64,000 nucleotides of DNA from the NCBI GenBank assembly GCA_951406725.2, contig OX597825.1, forward strand, positions 52,452,001 through 52,516,000, in the 5' to 3' direction. The notes beneath the pieces are model-generated. The model searched no databases. It was not told where the DNA came from and worked only from the letters and a program-made list of their open reading frames with translations. Positions 1 to 13,094 of this stretch are shown piece after piece; positions within the stretch are counted from its first letter, which is position 1, and each line of letters begins with the position of its first letter. The translations under genes were made by a program, and so were the position numbers. Source of the DNA: Octopus vulgaris (Eukaryota).

Positions 1-1380
1 CAGATTAATGCCTTACTCAGAGTATGAAAACTGAAAGAAGTCATCTAACAGGCAATGGTATTGCAAGAAAAGTCCAACAAATACCACACTTGAAAATGAT
101 ATCAGAAAACCCTAGAGAAAATAAATATCAATTGAAGTGGAGTGCAACAATTAGTTACCCAGAAATACCTTCACTAGCAACTGATGGACTGCAGTTAAAA
201 ATAAGTAAAAGCTTCATAAAAATAAATATATAATTTTAACGGATATAATTATATAATTTATGAAGAAGTGAAACTTGAGCAACAGAAAATCAGAAATAAA
301 CCCCACACTCAACTGAGTCAGGATTTATCAAAATGAGAAAGAGAAAAGCATGAAGAACATCAACAATATGAAAGGTGACTAATGAAAATACAGCACAAGG
401 AATTAGGAAATGACATATGGGAAACTACAACTGATGCTCTTCAAACAAGTAAAATAACAATACACCATGAATAAGCCAACAATCTCAATAACATGAGACG
501 ATACCTATTCCACACTAAAGGAGCAACAACAAACGATAGTATTTATAAAAAAAAAACAATGGAAATAACCAATCAGCCCAATGTTTACTTGAATGAAATC
601 GAGTTGGAGGTAAAGCTGTTCATACCTGAAATCTGAGGTAGAATAAAAAAAGTACTTCATTTTATGAACAGAATGTATTTAAATTTATATATCAATGTGT
701 ACATACAAGTTAAAGAAACTTAGTTTATATATATACTAGCAAACACACCTGTCCTTTGAACTGTTTAAGTGGTATTTTTTTCACCAAATAACTTTACTAC
801 TGAGAAGGTTTATGAGTAACACAGCAATCTATGTTTCTGATTAAACTAGGAACGGAAGATGAAATTGAAAGCTGGTTATTGTGGAGGTCATTGCACTTCA
901 ATGATCATAGAGCATATAAGTTTGCAAGTGATGCAAAGTAGAGCTACTAAAGTGCTTTGGGAGTAGATTATGGATAATGGCTACAAAATATAGTTGTTTT
1001 ACATGAAAGCGAAATTTCTTGTCAGAAACAGCCACATAAATGATGTAAGGAAATTGAAGAAAGATGTTGAAACTTCTCCTCTGCAAGTTTATTTTATACA
1101 ACAGCAAAGGGAGCTATTTTTTACGAACAAATAAGCTAACCAAAGCCCCTTTATTCTGCCTTCCCACATAGCCTGTGCATAAACTAACAGTAAATGCCAC
1201 ATAAAGTTAAATTGGTATGGAACTTTTTGAAAGATATGCATAGCTTTCACTATTGGAAACAAAACTCTTATTTAAAGTTTGATTCTTTGGAATGAATCGT
1301 ATGTGAGTGTTTAAAAAGGGCTAGAATGATAATGCTAAAGCATGTTGGAAACAATGGACAACAGTCAAAATAACATAATG

Positions 1381-1671
1381 CAGTGTTACTCAGAGTGGTG
1401 GTTCACGGACCGGTGCCAGTCCGCGAGCCATTAGCTGATGGTACGAGATGAGTTTCCAGAAAAGAAAGAAACACTATAAAATGCTTATAAAATATTGTAT
1501 TATTTGTTTACAAAATAAATATAAGCTAAAAGAAATTGTTACCTTTTACTATATTCATTATATATATTGTTTCTGGTAGAAATTAATATTACTAAGAAAT
1601 ATTACTGGTACCTGTCATATTGGAAAGAAAAAACTGCCAGTATACCACATCAGATAGTTTGAAAAGCACTG
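1381..1671 (+). mobile_element. hAT (Charlie-like) MITE
   Basis: TIRs CAGTGTTACTCAGAG ... TTTGAAAAGCACTG. The 8-bp flanks ACATAATG/TTATAATG match at 6 of 8 with a central TA. A homologous inverted copy lies at 12331-13094. Confidence 0.8.
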
Positions 1672-2126
1672 TTATAATGGACGGGTAAATAAGCATTCTT
1701 AAAGTGAAAGTACAGTATCAACAAATGGAAGAGAGGGAAGGGATCATCACCTTTGAAGTAACTCAGAATAGATAAAGGTAAGCTTGTCAAAGTTTACTAC
1801 AGTTTAAATATGTAGATTAAGATAATTTGGCATTGGATGTTCATTGCATACAGTGTTCCTAGTCAACTGAATCACTGTTGTAGGTGGACAACGGAAATAC
1901 ATAGACAAAATCCTTTCACTTTTATAAAGAGATTTAAAAAGTATGGAAGACCCTTCATAAAAAATCTGTCTATTTACGTCCAATTACGCAGGAGCTCTGG
2001 GCAAAATGTTATAATGCATGACCATCATTGGGACATAAGTAATGGTGTGCAAAGTTTGGTGAAAATCGGTTGAGAATTGTGGAAATGTATGCCTTAGTCA
2101 TTATACACACACATACTGCAACTTAT

Positions 2127-2466
2127 GTGAAGGTGCATGGCTCAGTGATTAGAGCATCGAGCTTACAATCGTGAGGTTGGGAGTTCGAATCCCAAACCAG
2201 ACTGTGTGTTGTGTTCTTGAGCAAGACACTTTATTTCACATTGCTCCAGTTCATTCAGCTGTAGCAATGAGTTGCCACATCACAGGTGCCAAGCTGTATC
2301 GGCCGTTGCCTTTCTCTTGGATAATACTGGTGGTGTGGAGAGGAGAGGCTGGTATGCATGGGTGATTGCTGGTCTTCCATAAACAACCTTGCCCGGACTT
2401 GTACGTGGGAGGGTAACTTTCTAGGTGCAATCCCATGGTTAGTCATGACCAAAGGAGATCTCAGCA
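2127..2466 (+). mobile_element. tRNA-derived SINE, family C, full length
   Basis: A box TGGCTCAGTGA and B box GTTCGAATCC, then body TGTGTTCTTGAGCAAGACACTT. 12-bp TSD ACTGCAACTTAT (2115-2126) / ACTGCAGCTTAT (2467-2478). Homologous copies at 5131 and 7519. Confidence 0.9.
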
Positions 2467-2549
2467 ACTGCAGCTTATATATACTAGATGATAAACTCTC
2501 TCACCAGTTTCAACATATGAGGATCTAACAACCTACACTTCCTTTGTCA

Positions 2550-2915
2550 GTCATATTGCATATGTCGAATGTGGCATTTGAGTCCCACCAACGATTTGCA
2601 ATTTAGCTTGCAGATGTTACAAGTATGTGGATTATGGGTCAGTCCAGGTGGTGCAGGCAGTATATTTGCAGCTGCTTTTCTCCTTTGCCCTGCAGCACTT
2701 AGCCAGTTAATGTTGATTGAAACAAAGTCTCTTTTAGAATTTTGACACGATGATCCCCATTTTGTTCATCCCGAGGCTGTTTGCTCAATGGTGTTGTGAG
2801 ATATATTGACTGCTGAGAGGATACTCTTAAGCTTGTCCTGATATCTGAACCATGGACAACCAACATACCTCTGTCCACTATCAAGCTGAGAACACTGAGT
2901 ATTCTTTTATCACTC
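2550..2915 (-). mobile_element. RTE-clade LINE 3' fragment (ORF C-terminus with C2H2 knuckle)
   Basis: Minus-strand translation RYQDKLKSILSAVNISHNTIEQTASG*TKW...HTCNICKLNCKSLVGLKCHIRH resembles the RTE/BovB C-terminus. Confidence 0.75.
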
Positions 2916-3398
2916 ATTTTGTGTGTGTGTGTTTGTTTGTGTTTAGTTTGCAGTCTGTAAAATTGTAATCTTCAAGTGAAAATGTGTGAATATTTCTTGC
3001 TCCAAAAAAAAAAAAAAAGAAATGCAAACTGTTGGTGGCAAGAATGGTATCCATCTGTAAAACAATGCCCTGATAATATATTTGTCTAACCCATGCTAGC
3101 ATCAAAAGAGTGACAAAAAACCAAGATGTAGACAAATAAACTATGTTTACACACACACATACATATATATATATTCACCCCCACACATATACACATGCAT
3201 ATATATATATATATATACACACACACTCACTTATAAAACTGCACCTGTGTCATGTATTGAAAACTAAATCTGGTAGCCCAGTTCAACTGAACCTATTTGA
3301 ATGAAGATAGCACTATAAATATATATACACATACATATATGTGTATATCTATCTATCTATCTATCTATATATATATATATATATATATGCACACACAC

Positions 3399-3439
<41 letters not shown>

Positions 3440-4204
3440 TAGATATGTATATATATATATATGCATGTGTGCATGTGTATTTACACACACACCCACATAT
3501 ATGAATATATATGACAAAGTTAAAAAGAATGAAATATTGTTTGCTATCATACATTAATTAAATATTAAATAAACACCAAAACATTAAACTGAAACAGTGA
3601 TAAATATATTTCTATAAGTAGGTTTGCAATTCACTATTTCCATAACTTTTTTTATTTAATTCTTTTATATTAAATGTGTCAGTTTTAAATGTATTTTCAT
3701 CAAACTGAAATAACAACGATTATTTGATTGCAATCAGATTAAGATATTTCAGGCTTATGTGTTTAAGACTATAGTCTGTTTTATATTAACTTTCCACAGA
3801 CCAACACATTTTGAGTTTCCATTCAAAACTTCCTGTTGAAAAGTGTTCTTTTTGACATGAAGCCTTACCATTATATATTTATGTGAGAACCCTTTTGTTA
3901 CCTTCCAAACTTCAGATTTACGATGGAAAATTTGGTTCATCACCATCAATATACCTTAATTGGAGCATCTATGGTCCAAACCTTGTGCAGGTGAAACAAG
4001 ATTTTGTCGAGGTAGAATACTCTATGGCTGAATGCCTTTCCTGATGCCAACTATCATTAGCTGTTTCCAAGCAAAGTAATTATTCCCTAGGTTATCAAAG
4101 AACAAATAGCCTGGACATGCTTTTCTAGAGAACTGCAAATATAATCTCTAAATTTTTGAATGATTCCAAAAGTAATTAAAACACATAATTAGTGTGTTTT
4201 GTTA

Positions 4205-4720
4205 TGTCAACCATGGAATTGGCAGAGCTGCAACCATATTCCATAGAATGCATTCTATCTGGTCCTCCAACAACATCAGCTTACACACAAAAATCTGTCT
4301 CTATAATGACATAGTTCTTCTGATAGTTCTCTATGTCAGTAAGATATGAAAGAGCACTGTGAAAATTAATAGAAAACTAAATACCTTCCACCAAAGATTC
4401 TTGGAAAGGATTCTGAGAACATACTGGCAAGACTAGGTAACCAATAAAGACATGCTAAAAAGAATCAACATAAGACAACTTAGCTAGACCATCATAGAAT
4501 AAAGATTAAAACTAACAGGTTCCATATTCCAGCTGCCAGGAGTATGCCATACAAAAATAACTTTCAGATGGACGCCACTGCAGTGAAAAAGAAAGAGGAG
4601 GCCATAACCAACATGAGAGAAGCTAAGCTCACATGTCCAGGTATTGAGCAAACCACAGCCACAGAAACCTGTGTGTCAGTTTGCTGCTGAATGTGGCCAA
4701 GAGCACAGGTGTAACTGAGT
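4205..4720 (+). mobile_element. RTE-clade LINE fragment (post-RT region), decayed
   Basis: GIGRAATIFHRMHSIWSSNNISLHTKICLYNDIVLLIVLY...LNTFHQRFLERILRTYWQD*VTNKDMLKR, with several stops. Confidence 0.85.
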
Positions 4721-5130
4721 GTACTTTGTTACATATGTAGTCATATAGAGTTTAAAAGACGAAGTGTGTAAACTACTATTTCTACCAGCAAGGTTGCTGC
4801 AGTCATTATCAATCTTATGCAGTTCTTCATACTCAGAGCTAAGATTATTTTTTTTTAGTTCTTAATAACAAAAACTGTGTTAAAAACAGTATGTATGCAC
4901 CTTATTATGTACATATTTTATTATGGAACACTGCCATTACTCTGCACTTTTATATATCTAAGTGACGAAAAAACAACAACAACAAAGAATTGAGTGAAGT
5001 GGCTATGTAAGTACTCAACATATTAGAAATAGCAATCAAATTTCTTTAAAATTACAATCTGCCACCTTTAAAACAACAAAGGACATTTTTATCATGGATC
5101 GCTTTAATCAGAGCCAAATAGCATCAACAT

Positions 5131-5401
5131 AGTCCAGGCAAGGTTGTTTATGGAAGACCAGCAGTCACCCATGCATACCAGCCTCCCCTCTCCATGCCAC
5201 CGCTGTCATCCAAGGGAAACACAAAGGGCAATACAGCTTTGCATCAGTGATGTCACAATTCATTTCTACAGCTGAGTGAACTTGAGCAACGTGAAATAAA
5301 GTGTCTTGCTCAAGAACACAACATACAGCTCAGGCCAGGATTTGAACTCACAACCTCATGGTCATAAGTTCGATGCTCTAACCACTGAGCCATGCACCTT
5401 C
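5131..5401 (-). mobile_element. SINE family C, 3'-truncated
   Basis: Reverse complement of the 2127-2400 copy, including the tRNA-like head. Confidence 0.9.
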
Positions 5402-5412
5402 GCTGGATATAT

Positions 5413-6073
5413 GGAAGAGGTAGACCCAGGAAGACCTGGGATGAAGTGATGAAGCACGACCTTTGAACATTAGGCCTCACCGAGGCAATGACCAGTGACT
5501 GAGACTTTTGGAAATATGCTGGCTTGAGAAGACCTGGCAAGCCAAGTGAGACCTTGTGGCCTATGCCAGGGGTGTAACCAGCCCACTTATGTGTACCTTC
5601 CCTTCATTGGACACTGCCTGCAAAGACCTGTTGAGGCAAGTGAAATCAAAATCGAAATCAAATTCAATGACTGGCATCTGTGCTAGTAGAGCACTAAGAG
5701 CACCATCCGAGCATGATCATTGCCAGAGCAGCTAACTGGTGTTCATACCGGTAGCATGTAAAAAGCACCATTCAAGTGTGATCGTTACCAGTGTCGCCTT
5801 ACTGGCACTTGTGCCGGTGTGCAGGTAACACATAAAAAAACACTATTTTCTCAGGGCCATTGCCAGTACCGCCTGACTGGCCCTCGTGCCGGTGGCACAT
5901 AAAAGCTCCCACTACAGTCTCGGAGTGGTTGGCGTGAGGAAGGGCATCCAGCTGTAGAAACTCTGCCAGATCAAGATTGGAGCCTGGTGCAGCCATCTTG
6001 TTTGCCAGTCCTCAGTCAAATCGTCGAACCCATGCTAGCATGGAAAGCGGACATTAAACGATGATGATGATGA
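5413..6073 (+). mobile_element. RTE-like LINE 3' end with 3' UTR and (GAT)n tail (source of family D tail)
   Basis: GRGRPRKTWDEVMKHDL*TLGLTEAMTSD*DFWKYA, then a UTR with about three tandem ~65-bp units, TTGGCGTGAGGAAGGGCATCCAGC and a GATGATGAT tail. Confidence 0.85.
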
Positions 6074-6083
6074 TATAGATATT

Positions 6084-6237
<154 letters not shown>

Positions 6238-6539
6238 ACATATATCTCCATCCAATATAATCTATTTGCAATTGAGTGATGAATCAGATATTATAGGTCA
6301 GAGTGTTTTTTCTCCTGTGAATAACAGTAATCCAAAACCTTTTCATCTATAACAGCAAAGTTTCCAAGTTTTAATTGCATGAATCCCATTTCATTAACAG
6401 AATAACAGTAAAGTCAACCTCTGGATAAATCCATGCTAATGAAATGTTTTCAATAAGGAAAATTATTACATCTTATGTAGGAGACAAATGAAACCAATGC
6501 TGACTGGCGATATGCAGTGCTGCAGAAGACCCAACCCGA

Positions 6540-8128
6540 ACCCCACCCACCATGCAAGGGTAGTGCATGCAGCTTTTCCTTACTCACCGTTTTGTGCCAG
6601 CATTCCCTGTTTATTGTCCATTTTATATCCTCACATCCCTCTACTATTTATTCTCCTCACCACTGTATCTATTCTGTATCCTCTTGTCTCATCTATTCAC
6701 TGTGCCATGACACCAATAACTGAAAGTACTTGATTTGTGCATATTGAATACATCCCTTTCCCATACTTCCACCACCCATATTCTTTTCCCTTTTTTCACC
6801 CAAATCATGGTGCTTGAACGCCTTTACCCACCCTCTCTAATTCTCCTGTCACTATGCTCAGTTAGACCTGTTACCTTGTGAATATACATACTGATCCCTC
6901 TTCATCATCTTATTATTCCTCTGCATGACCCTTCTTTACCTATAAATGACGAGATAGACCTGCAACTCATCCCACTCCGCTCTCCTCGCTACCCTTACTA
7001 CTAACTCCCACTAATCCTTTAATACTACTGTCTCTCTTTTCTATTAATCTCTTCCATGTTTTTTTCCTTCATGCACCACTTTATCTACCAATGTATAATG
7101 TGAGGTAGCTCTACATCACATAATCAACCTTCCCCACTATTCTCTCACGCTTACCAACCCCTTGATGCTACTTTTCACTTTTCCTTCTATTAATCTTTCC
7201 CTAACACTGTTTCGACCTTTTCTTAACAAAAAACCCAATTAACTCTAATAAGAAATGTTTTGGACCCTGTTGAAATAGAGACCGACTCCATCACTTGGTC
7301 CACCTATTCATTTCACCCAATTGCCATTACCACTCTGTCCCTCCTATCTTTCATACTAACCCCTGACATTATTGTATCCCTTTCCCATCTCCTCTGTCTT
7401 CTCTACTCCTGCTCTTCTCTCCATTACCATCCTGTAATATCCATTAAAGGGACTATCTTTCATTTCATGAGTTGGAAGTTACCCATGACAGTGCTGGTGC
7501 ACATAAAGCACACATTTAGACCCCACTTTGGTCATGGATGATCATGGGATTGCACCAAGAAAGTTACCCTCTAAGGCACAAGTCTGGGCAAGGTTGTTTT
7601 TGGAAGACCAGTCACCCATGCATACTGACCTCTCCTCTCCACACCACTGATATCATCCAAGGGAAACGTAAAGGCTAATATATCTTGGCACCAATGATGC
7701 CGCAACTCATTTCTGCAGTTGAGTGAACTGGAACAACGTGAAATACAGTGTCTTGCTCAAGGACACAACACGCAGCCTGATCTGGGAGTTGAAGTCAATA
7801 CCTCATGATTTCAAGTCTGATGGTCTCATCCCCGAGCCCCCCATTATATTGGTAATCAATTTGTACAGTGATAATGCAGGGCCTGAAAGGGCTTTTTAGT
7901 CTTGCTGATAGCAAAGTAACCACAATAGTGTTGCTGCCATAGAAAATGCACCCAGTGCACATTTTAAAGTGATTGGTGTTAGGAAGGCCATCCTACTACA
8001 GAAACCATGCCAAAGGTGAGATATTGGAGCAAAGCATGATCCTCTGATCCATTGAATCCTATCAAATCATCCCACCTATGCCAGCATAGAAAATATGTAA
8101 AATGATCATGATGTTGATGATGATGATG
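6540..8128 (+). mobile_element. Old family D element (long CT-rich body plus AGGAAGGGCATCC-type (GAT)n tail), interrupted by SINE C
   Basis: A pyrimidine-rich body leads to GCACCCAGTGCACATTTTAAAGTGATTGGTGTTAGGAAGGCCATCC...GATGATGATG. The same layout recurs at 15050, 16985, 9083 (minus) and 58030 (minus). Confidence 0.6.
7519..7838 (-). mobile_element. SINE family C
   Basis: Reverse complement of 2127-2466. Confidence 0.88.
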
Positions 8129-8874
8129 ACAACCCAAGGTCCTTTAAAATGCCAGTAATTAGACCCAAGTATATAATTCTGAGTGGATGTGAAAAGGACC
8201 AGCATTGTAAAAGAAGAAAGGTAAGTATGTTGTCTCAGACAAACTTCTTTGATAATGTGATATCAAGGTGCATTAGGTCATAGAGAATTTAGTATTCTGC
8301 TAAACATAGACTATAAAACACCTGTAATGGTGATCTTTAAGTCAATAATCCAATAAGACATCAACTTGGCTACTAGTTTTACTAACTTTTAAATCCATTG
8401 GTGACCGGGAACCATTTATCTTATACGTACAGATCACTATCATCAATAACATCAGTGTACAAGTTTAATTGCTAACTTTTAATAATATAGTAGAATGTAT
8501 TTTTCCAGACTATTAAATTCATCTTTTGAGAGTCTATTGAGAGAAAGATGGCAAGTTTAATAATCTGGAAAAAGCCATCGTTATTCAGTAATAATTCATC
8601 TCATTGAAACTATAGTTCTATCACATTTACTGTATTTCAGAGCAACTTCTCATGTAATAAGATATCTGATAAACATGGTCATTTAGAGCATTTTATTTTA
8701 TCAACTTGCAAAACCTCATCATTCTTATCTTGTGTCAGTGGAAATTAAATTCCATTAATATTGAAAATGTTCAACAACTTTACTCAATGTATGAGACTTT
8801 CTATCGGGATTTGACAACTAAATTATAATGTATGTATATACCATTATTATCATCATTATCATCATCATCATCAT

Positions 8875-9080
8875 GAGGTAGTGAGTTGGCAGAATCATTA
8901 GAGTATCGAATATATTTTTGATTATGATCCTACATGTTATGAGTTCAAATTTCACTCAGATCAACTTCGCCTTTCATCTCACTGGAGTTAATAAAATACA
9001 GTACCAAGCAATTACTAGGTTTGATGATATCAACTAACCTCTTACACTGAAAATGACTGGTCTTGTACCGAAATTAGTAA
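8875..9080 (+). mobile_element. SINE family B, decayed
   Basis: GAGTTGGCAGAATCATTAG head, GAGTTCAAAT B box and GCCTTTCATC...ATAAAATACAGTACC core. Confidence 0.8.
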
Positions 9081-9082
9081 CA

Positions 9083-9790
9083 ATCATCATCATCATCATC
9101 GTTATCATTCTGCTTTTGCTTTCAATGCTATCATTGTTTGGATGGGTTGTCATAGTCTGAGCCAGTTTCTATTTAGTCTTACTGTCTTTGTAGACAGTTT
9201 GATGGACCACATCTGGCTCACAGTACACTGATTGGCATGATTTCTGTGCCTGGATGTCCTTGCTAATGTCAAATGATTTACAGTATGTACAAGAAATATT
9301 TCATTGTGGCACCTGCTCTAGAGAGATTATCACATCTTCAGTAAGACTAAAGAGTCATCTACTTCATGCTTTCATTGTACATTCAAGGTATATTCTACTA
9401 AGAGAAGGAGTAGTTTTGACAGAAAGAGTGACAGAGTATGTGTATAATGGGAGAGAGAAAGAGAGTAATAGGATGATAGGGTGGTAGCAAAGAGGGACAG
9501 GGATAGGAGAGGGTAGCATGGAAATAGAAATGGAAGAGGAACAGTGATGGGAATGAGAGAGTGGTAAGGAAGAGAAATAGAAGAGACTGTTATAGGCAGC
9601 AACATGTCAGCTGTTGGTAAGAAAACTGAATCGATAAAGATTATAGACAGTAATGGAGGGAGTGGGAGAGGATGAAGGCCAAGAGAACAATGGAAGTAAA
9701 GTGATAACATTGATGGAAGAGAATGTGAAAGTAAAGGATAGGAAGAAAGATGGATGATGAAAAGAGAGTGGTGACATACAAGGCTGCTTA
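9083..9790 (-). mobile_element. Family D element (CAT tail and GA-rich body on the plus strand)
   Basis: (CAT)n, then TGGATGTCCTTGCTAATG, then a GA-rich tract; mirror image of 6540-8128. Confidence 0.6.
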
Positions 9791-10137
9791 CCTGTGTCAC
9801 TGTACATACCTATGTATTTGTGTGTGCATGTGTGTGTGTTGTGCACTGACATAATCTTTTTCTCACTCTCTTTTTTCTTTTCCACTCTCTTTCCTGCTTC
9901 AGAACACAGCTCCCTGCCAAACCAAAGCCAGATTGTAATTTAAGCCAATGGATTACGAATGTGTTGAGTAATTCCTCTGCCCATTTTCTTTCCTTTTCTT
10001 TTCTGCTGTCAGAATCCTGTTTTGTTACTCTCTGCCCAGTGTTGATTTGTCTGTGGAACTGGTTATATACCACAGAATCTCTAGACTGAGTAACCATCAG
10101 ATTAGTTTAAATAAAACACTATACAGACATATGTGCC

Positions 10138-10139
<2 letters not shown>

Positions 10140-10200
<61 letters not shown>

Positions 10201-10342
10201 TATATATATACATACATATATATATACATACATATATATATATATATATACACATATATATATACATACATACATATACATACATATATATATGCATACA
10301 TACTTACGTACATATATATATATATACATACGTACATATACA

Positions 10343-10417
<75 letters not shown>

Positions 10418-10616
10418 CAACCTTCTTTCAGTTTCCCATCTACCAATAATACACTCAAAGTGTGAGTTTATAGTAGAATATGCTTGTCCAAGGTGCCCAT
10501 GCTGTAGAACTGAACTCAAAACCCTATAGCTGAAAAGTGAGCTACTTAACTAAATAGCCATGCTGTGTGTGTGTGTGTGTACGTGCGTGCACGTGTGCGT
10601 GTGTGCGTGTGTGTGC

Positions 10617-10654
<38 letters not shown>

Positions 10655-10836
10655 AACTGTTAATCTGAACAAATTTTTTCTCTCTCCTTTCTCCATTTTT
10701 CCTTCTCACCCCTTTCTGCTGAAAAGTGTAGGCTTAAAATCTCAAAGACATCTCCATTCCTTCCAAGCATCAAACTAACACACTTGCTTGTCATTGCCTA
10801 ACATGTTTTGTTTTCTATACATTTGAGCCATATATG

Positions 10837-10902
<66 letters not shown>
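10140..10902. repeat. Compound microsatellite block (TA, TACA, TG) with a SINE A head (10414-10563, minus) and a Penelope-like fragment (10680-10830)
   Basis: Repeats seen directly. The SINE A head is homologous to 12466-12630, and 10680-10830 is homologous to 43690-43845. Confidence 0.8.
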
Positions 10903-10906
<4 letters not shown>

Positions 10907-11326
10907 ATAAGCCTTGCCGAGCACCTCGCAGACCCTCTCTACCCTAATGACATGATTCAAGGAGAATCCAATGCCAGTATGGGTCAGGTCACTTGTGAGA
11001 TCTCTTATGAGTGCTACTAGTGACATGGAATCCAATACAACCTGTTGCATGGTTGAGTGATCAGTGCCTTAACCAGCATGCCCACTAAGCTTGCCTCATG
11101 AGGAGAGTTGCTAGAAACCAAGTACTAGAAGTGAGGCATCTCTTAGCTTTTGTTAAGACATGCCTCTTGGAGAAGGTCACTCTGATATAAAACCAGATGT
11201 ATTGGGAATGGCATTAAACATTTTGGGAATCTTTTACTCCAATATTCATGAGCCTGCAACTCATATATCCATATATACACTCATACGCACATATATATAC
11301 ATATACATATATGTATACACACACAA

Positions 11327-11372
<46 letters not shown>

Positions 11373-11525
11373 ATACATATATAAATGCACACATATGTAC
11401 ATATATATATAATATCTACCTTCACACACACACATATATATGCACACACACATATATGCACACACACACATATATGCACACACACACATATATGCACACA
11501 CACACATATATGCACGCACACACAT

Positions 11526-11568
<43 letters not shown>

Positions 11569-12330
11569 TGTGTGTGTTTGTTTTTAAACTGGCCTACTCC
11601 TGATTCTTCAGCAATAATCATTTGACTACAGAAATTTCTTTTATCTACAATCCATGAAGTTAACTCTAGTTTTAATTTCGGTTTTCAGTTAGCTTTCTTT
11701 TCATGAAACATAATGTTATATTCTAAATTTTGCTAAGTGTTGTTAATTAGTTCTAATTATTGCCAACAGATGGCAGGACTATTTGACACATCTGACATAA
11801 TGAAAGTAATCAACGAAACTACCAAAACTTCAGTTTTTCTTCTTTTTTTTTTGTTCTTTTCTCAATTCCAATAGTTTCTGTTATGATTTTGGGAAATTTT
11901 GAGGACAGATTTGTTGACAAGAGGAGTTAATTAGAGTTACTATGTAAAGATTGACCTGCGATGATGTCCCATCTCACAATGACAAAAACCTCTTTGTCTA
12001 GTTATCCATAATTGCTTCAGTTGGGCAAATTTATAATGCAGATCTCTCAATCCTGTTTCATCAAATGTGTTTGGTTCCCTATTTTCAAAACTAACCTACC
12101 TGCAGCATCCAAAATCATTATTTGTCTGTCTGTAACCCTTTGTAGCAGTGATTCAAAGCCTAACCACCAGTTGCTCAGTCAGACACCATGAGCAAATCTC
12201 CAGAGTTGCACATGATTGGTCTATTAATCAATCACTAAGCATGAGACTGTGGTGTAATATGGTTTTCTTGAATGTTCTAGAATTTGGCTTTTTGAACCCC
12301 TACAAAATCTGTTTGGCATATAGCTTAGAG

Positions 12331-12638
12331 CTGTGCTTCTCAAACTATCTGATGTGGCATACTGGCAGTTTTTTTTCCCAATGTGTCAGGGACTGGTAAT
12401 ATTTATTAGTAATATTAATTTATACTGGAAATAACATATACACTGAATATAATAAAAGTTGACAAAAGGCATAGGAGCGGCTGTGTGGTAAGTAGCTTGC
12501 TTATGAAACACATGGTTCTGGGTTCAGTCCCACTGCATGGCACCTTGGGTAAGTGTCTTCTACTATAGCTTCGTGCCGACCAAAGCCTTGTAAGTGGATT
12601 TGGTAGACGGAAACTGAAAGAAGCCCATCATATATATG

Positions 12639-12689
<51 letters not shown>

Positions 12690-13094
12690 GCATGTATGTG
12701 TGTGTATATGTATGTGTGTCTGTGTTTGTCCTCCCAACATCGCTTGACAACCGATGCTGGTGTGTTTATGTCCCTGTAACTTAGCAGTTCGGCAAAAGTC
12801 ACTGTTAGAATAAGTACTAGGCTTACAAAAAATAAGTCATGGGGTCGATTTGCTCGACTAAAGGTGGTGCTCCAGCATGGCCACAGTCAAATGATTGAAA
12901 CAAGTAAAAGAGTAAAGAGAACAAAGAGTAATTTTTAAAATCTTATATCTATTTTGAAAACAAATAATACAATATTACAAAAGCATTTTATAATCATTTT
13001 ATGTTTGTTTATTTTCTGGAAACTCAACATGTACCAGCAGCTGATGGCTCATTGACTGGCACCAGTCCACAGACCACCACTTTGAGTAGCACTG
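12331..13094 (-). mobile_element. hAT MITE inserted in the 5' LTR
   Basis: TIRs CTGTGCTTCTCAAAC ... TTTGAGTAGCACTG and a perfect 8-bp TSD GCTTAGAG (12323-12330 and 13095-13102). The empty site ACTTAGAGCACAG is visible in the 3' LTR. Confidence 0.9.
12466..12930 (+). mobile_element. tRNA-derived SINE family A with internal microsatellite, full length
   Basis: GGCTGTGTGGTAAG A box, GGTTCAGTCCC B box, CORE-like ACCTTGGGTAAGT, central TA/TG tract and tail ATGATTGAAACAAGTAAAAGAG. Confidence 0.92.

Larger units (their letters stand above)
736..2488 (-). mobile_element. Non-autonomous Helitron-like element hosting a hAT MITE and a SINE
   Basis: On the minus strand it starts A^TCTAGTATATATAAGCTG at 2488 and ends CTAG^T at 736-739, i.e. 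TC...CTAG inserted between A and T. Plus-strand AAAGTTTGGTGAAAATCGGTTGAG followed by a (CA)n tract near the end is typical of invertebrate non-autonomous Helitrons. The subterminal hairpin is decayed. Confidence 0.55.

Noticed and set aside
2127-2200. tRNA-like sequences here and at other SINE heads
   Set aside because: A and B boxes are present, but there is no full cloverleaf and each continues into a SINE body. They are not tRNA genes.
8149-8226. Consensus donor AAG|GTAAGT with a short upstream frame
   Set aside because: There is no acceptor or promoter evidence and it abuts repeat tails, so a chance match is likely.
8300-8810. Possible Penelope RT or GIY-YIG residue here, at 16500-16920 and at 63140-63330
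   Set aside because: Only scattered motif-like words across frameshifts; too decayed to call without an HMM search.
9850-10070. Two pyrimidine tracts ending TGC..CAG as acceptors
   Set aside because: No convincing donor or frame-preserving exon follows either one.
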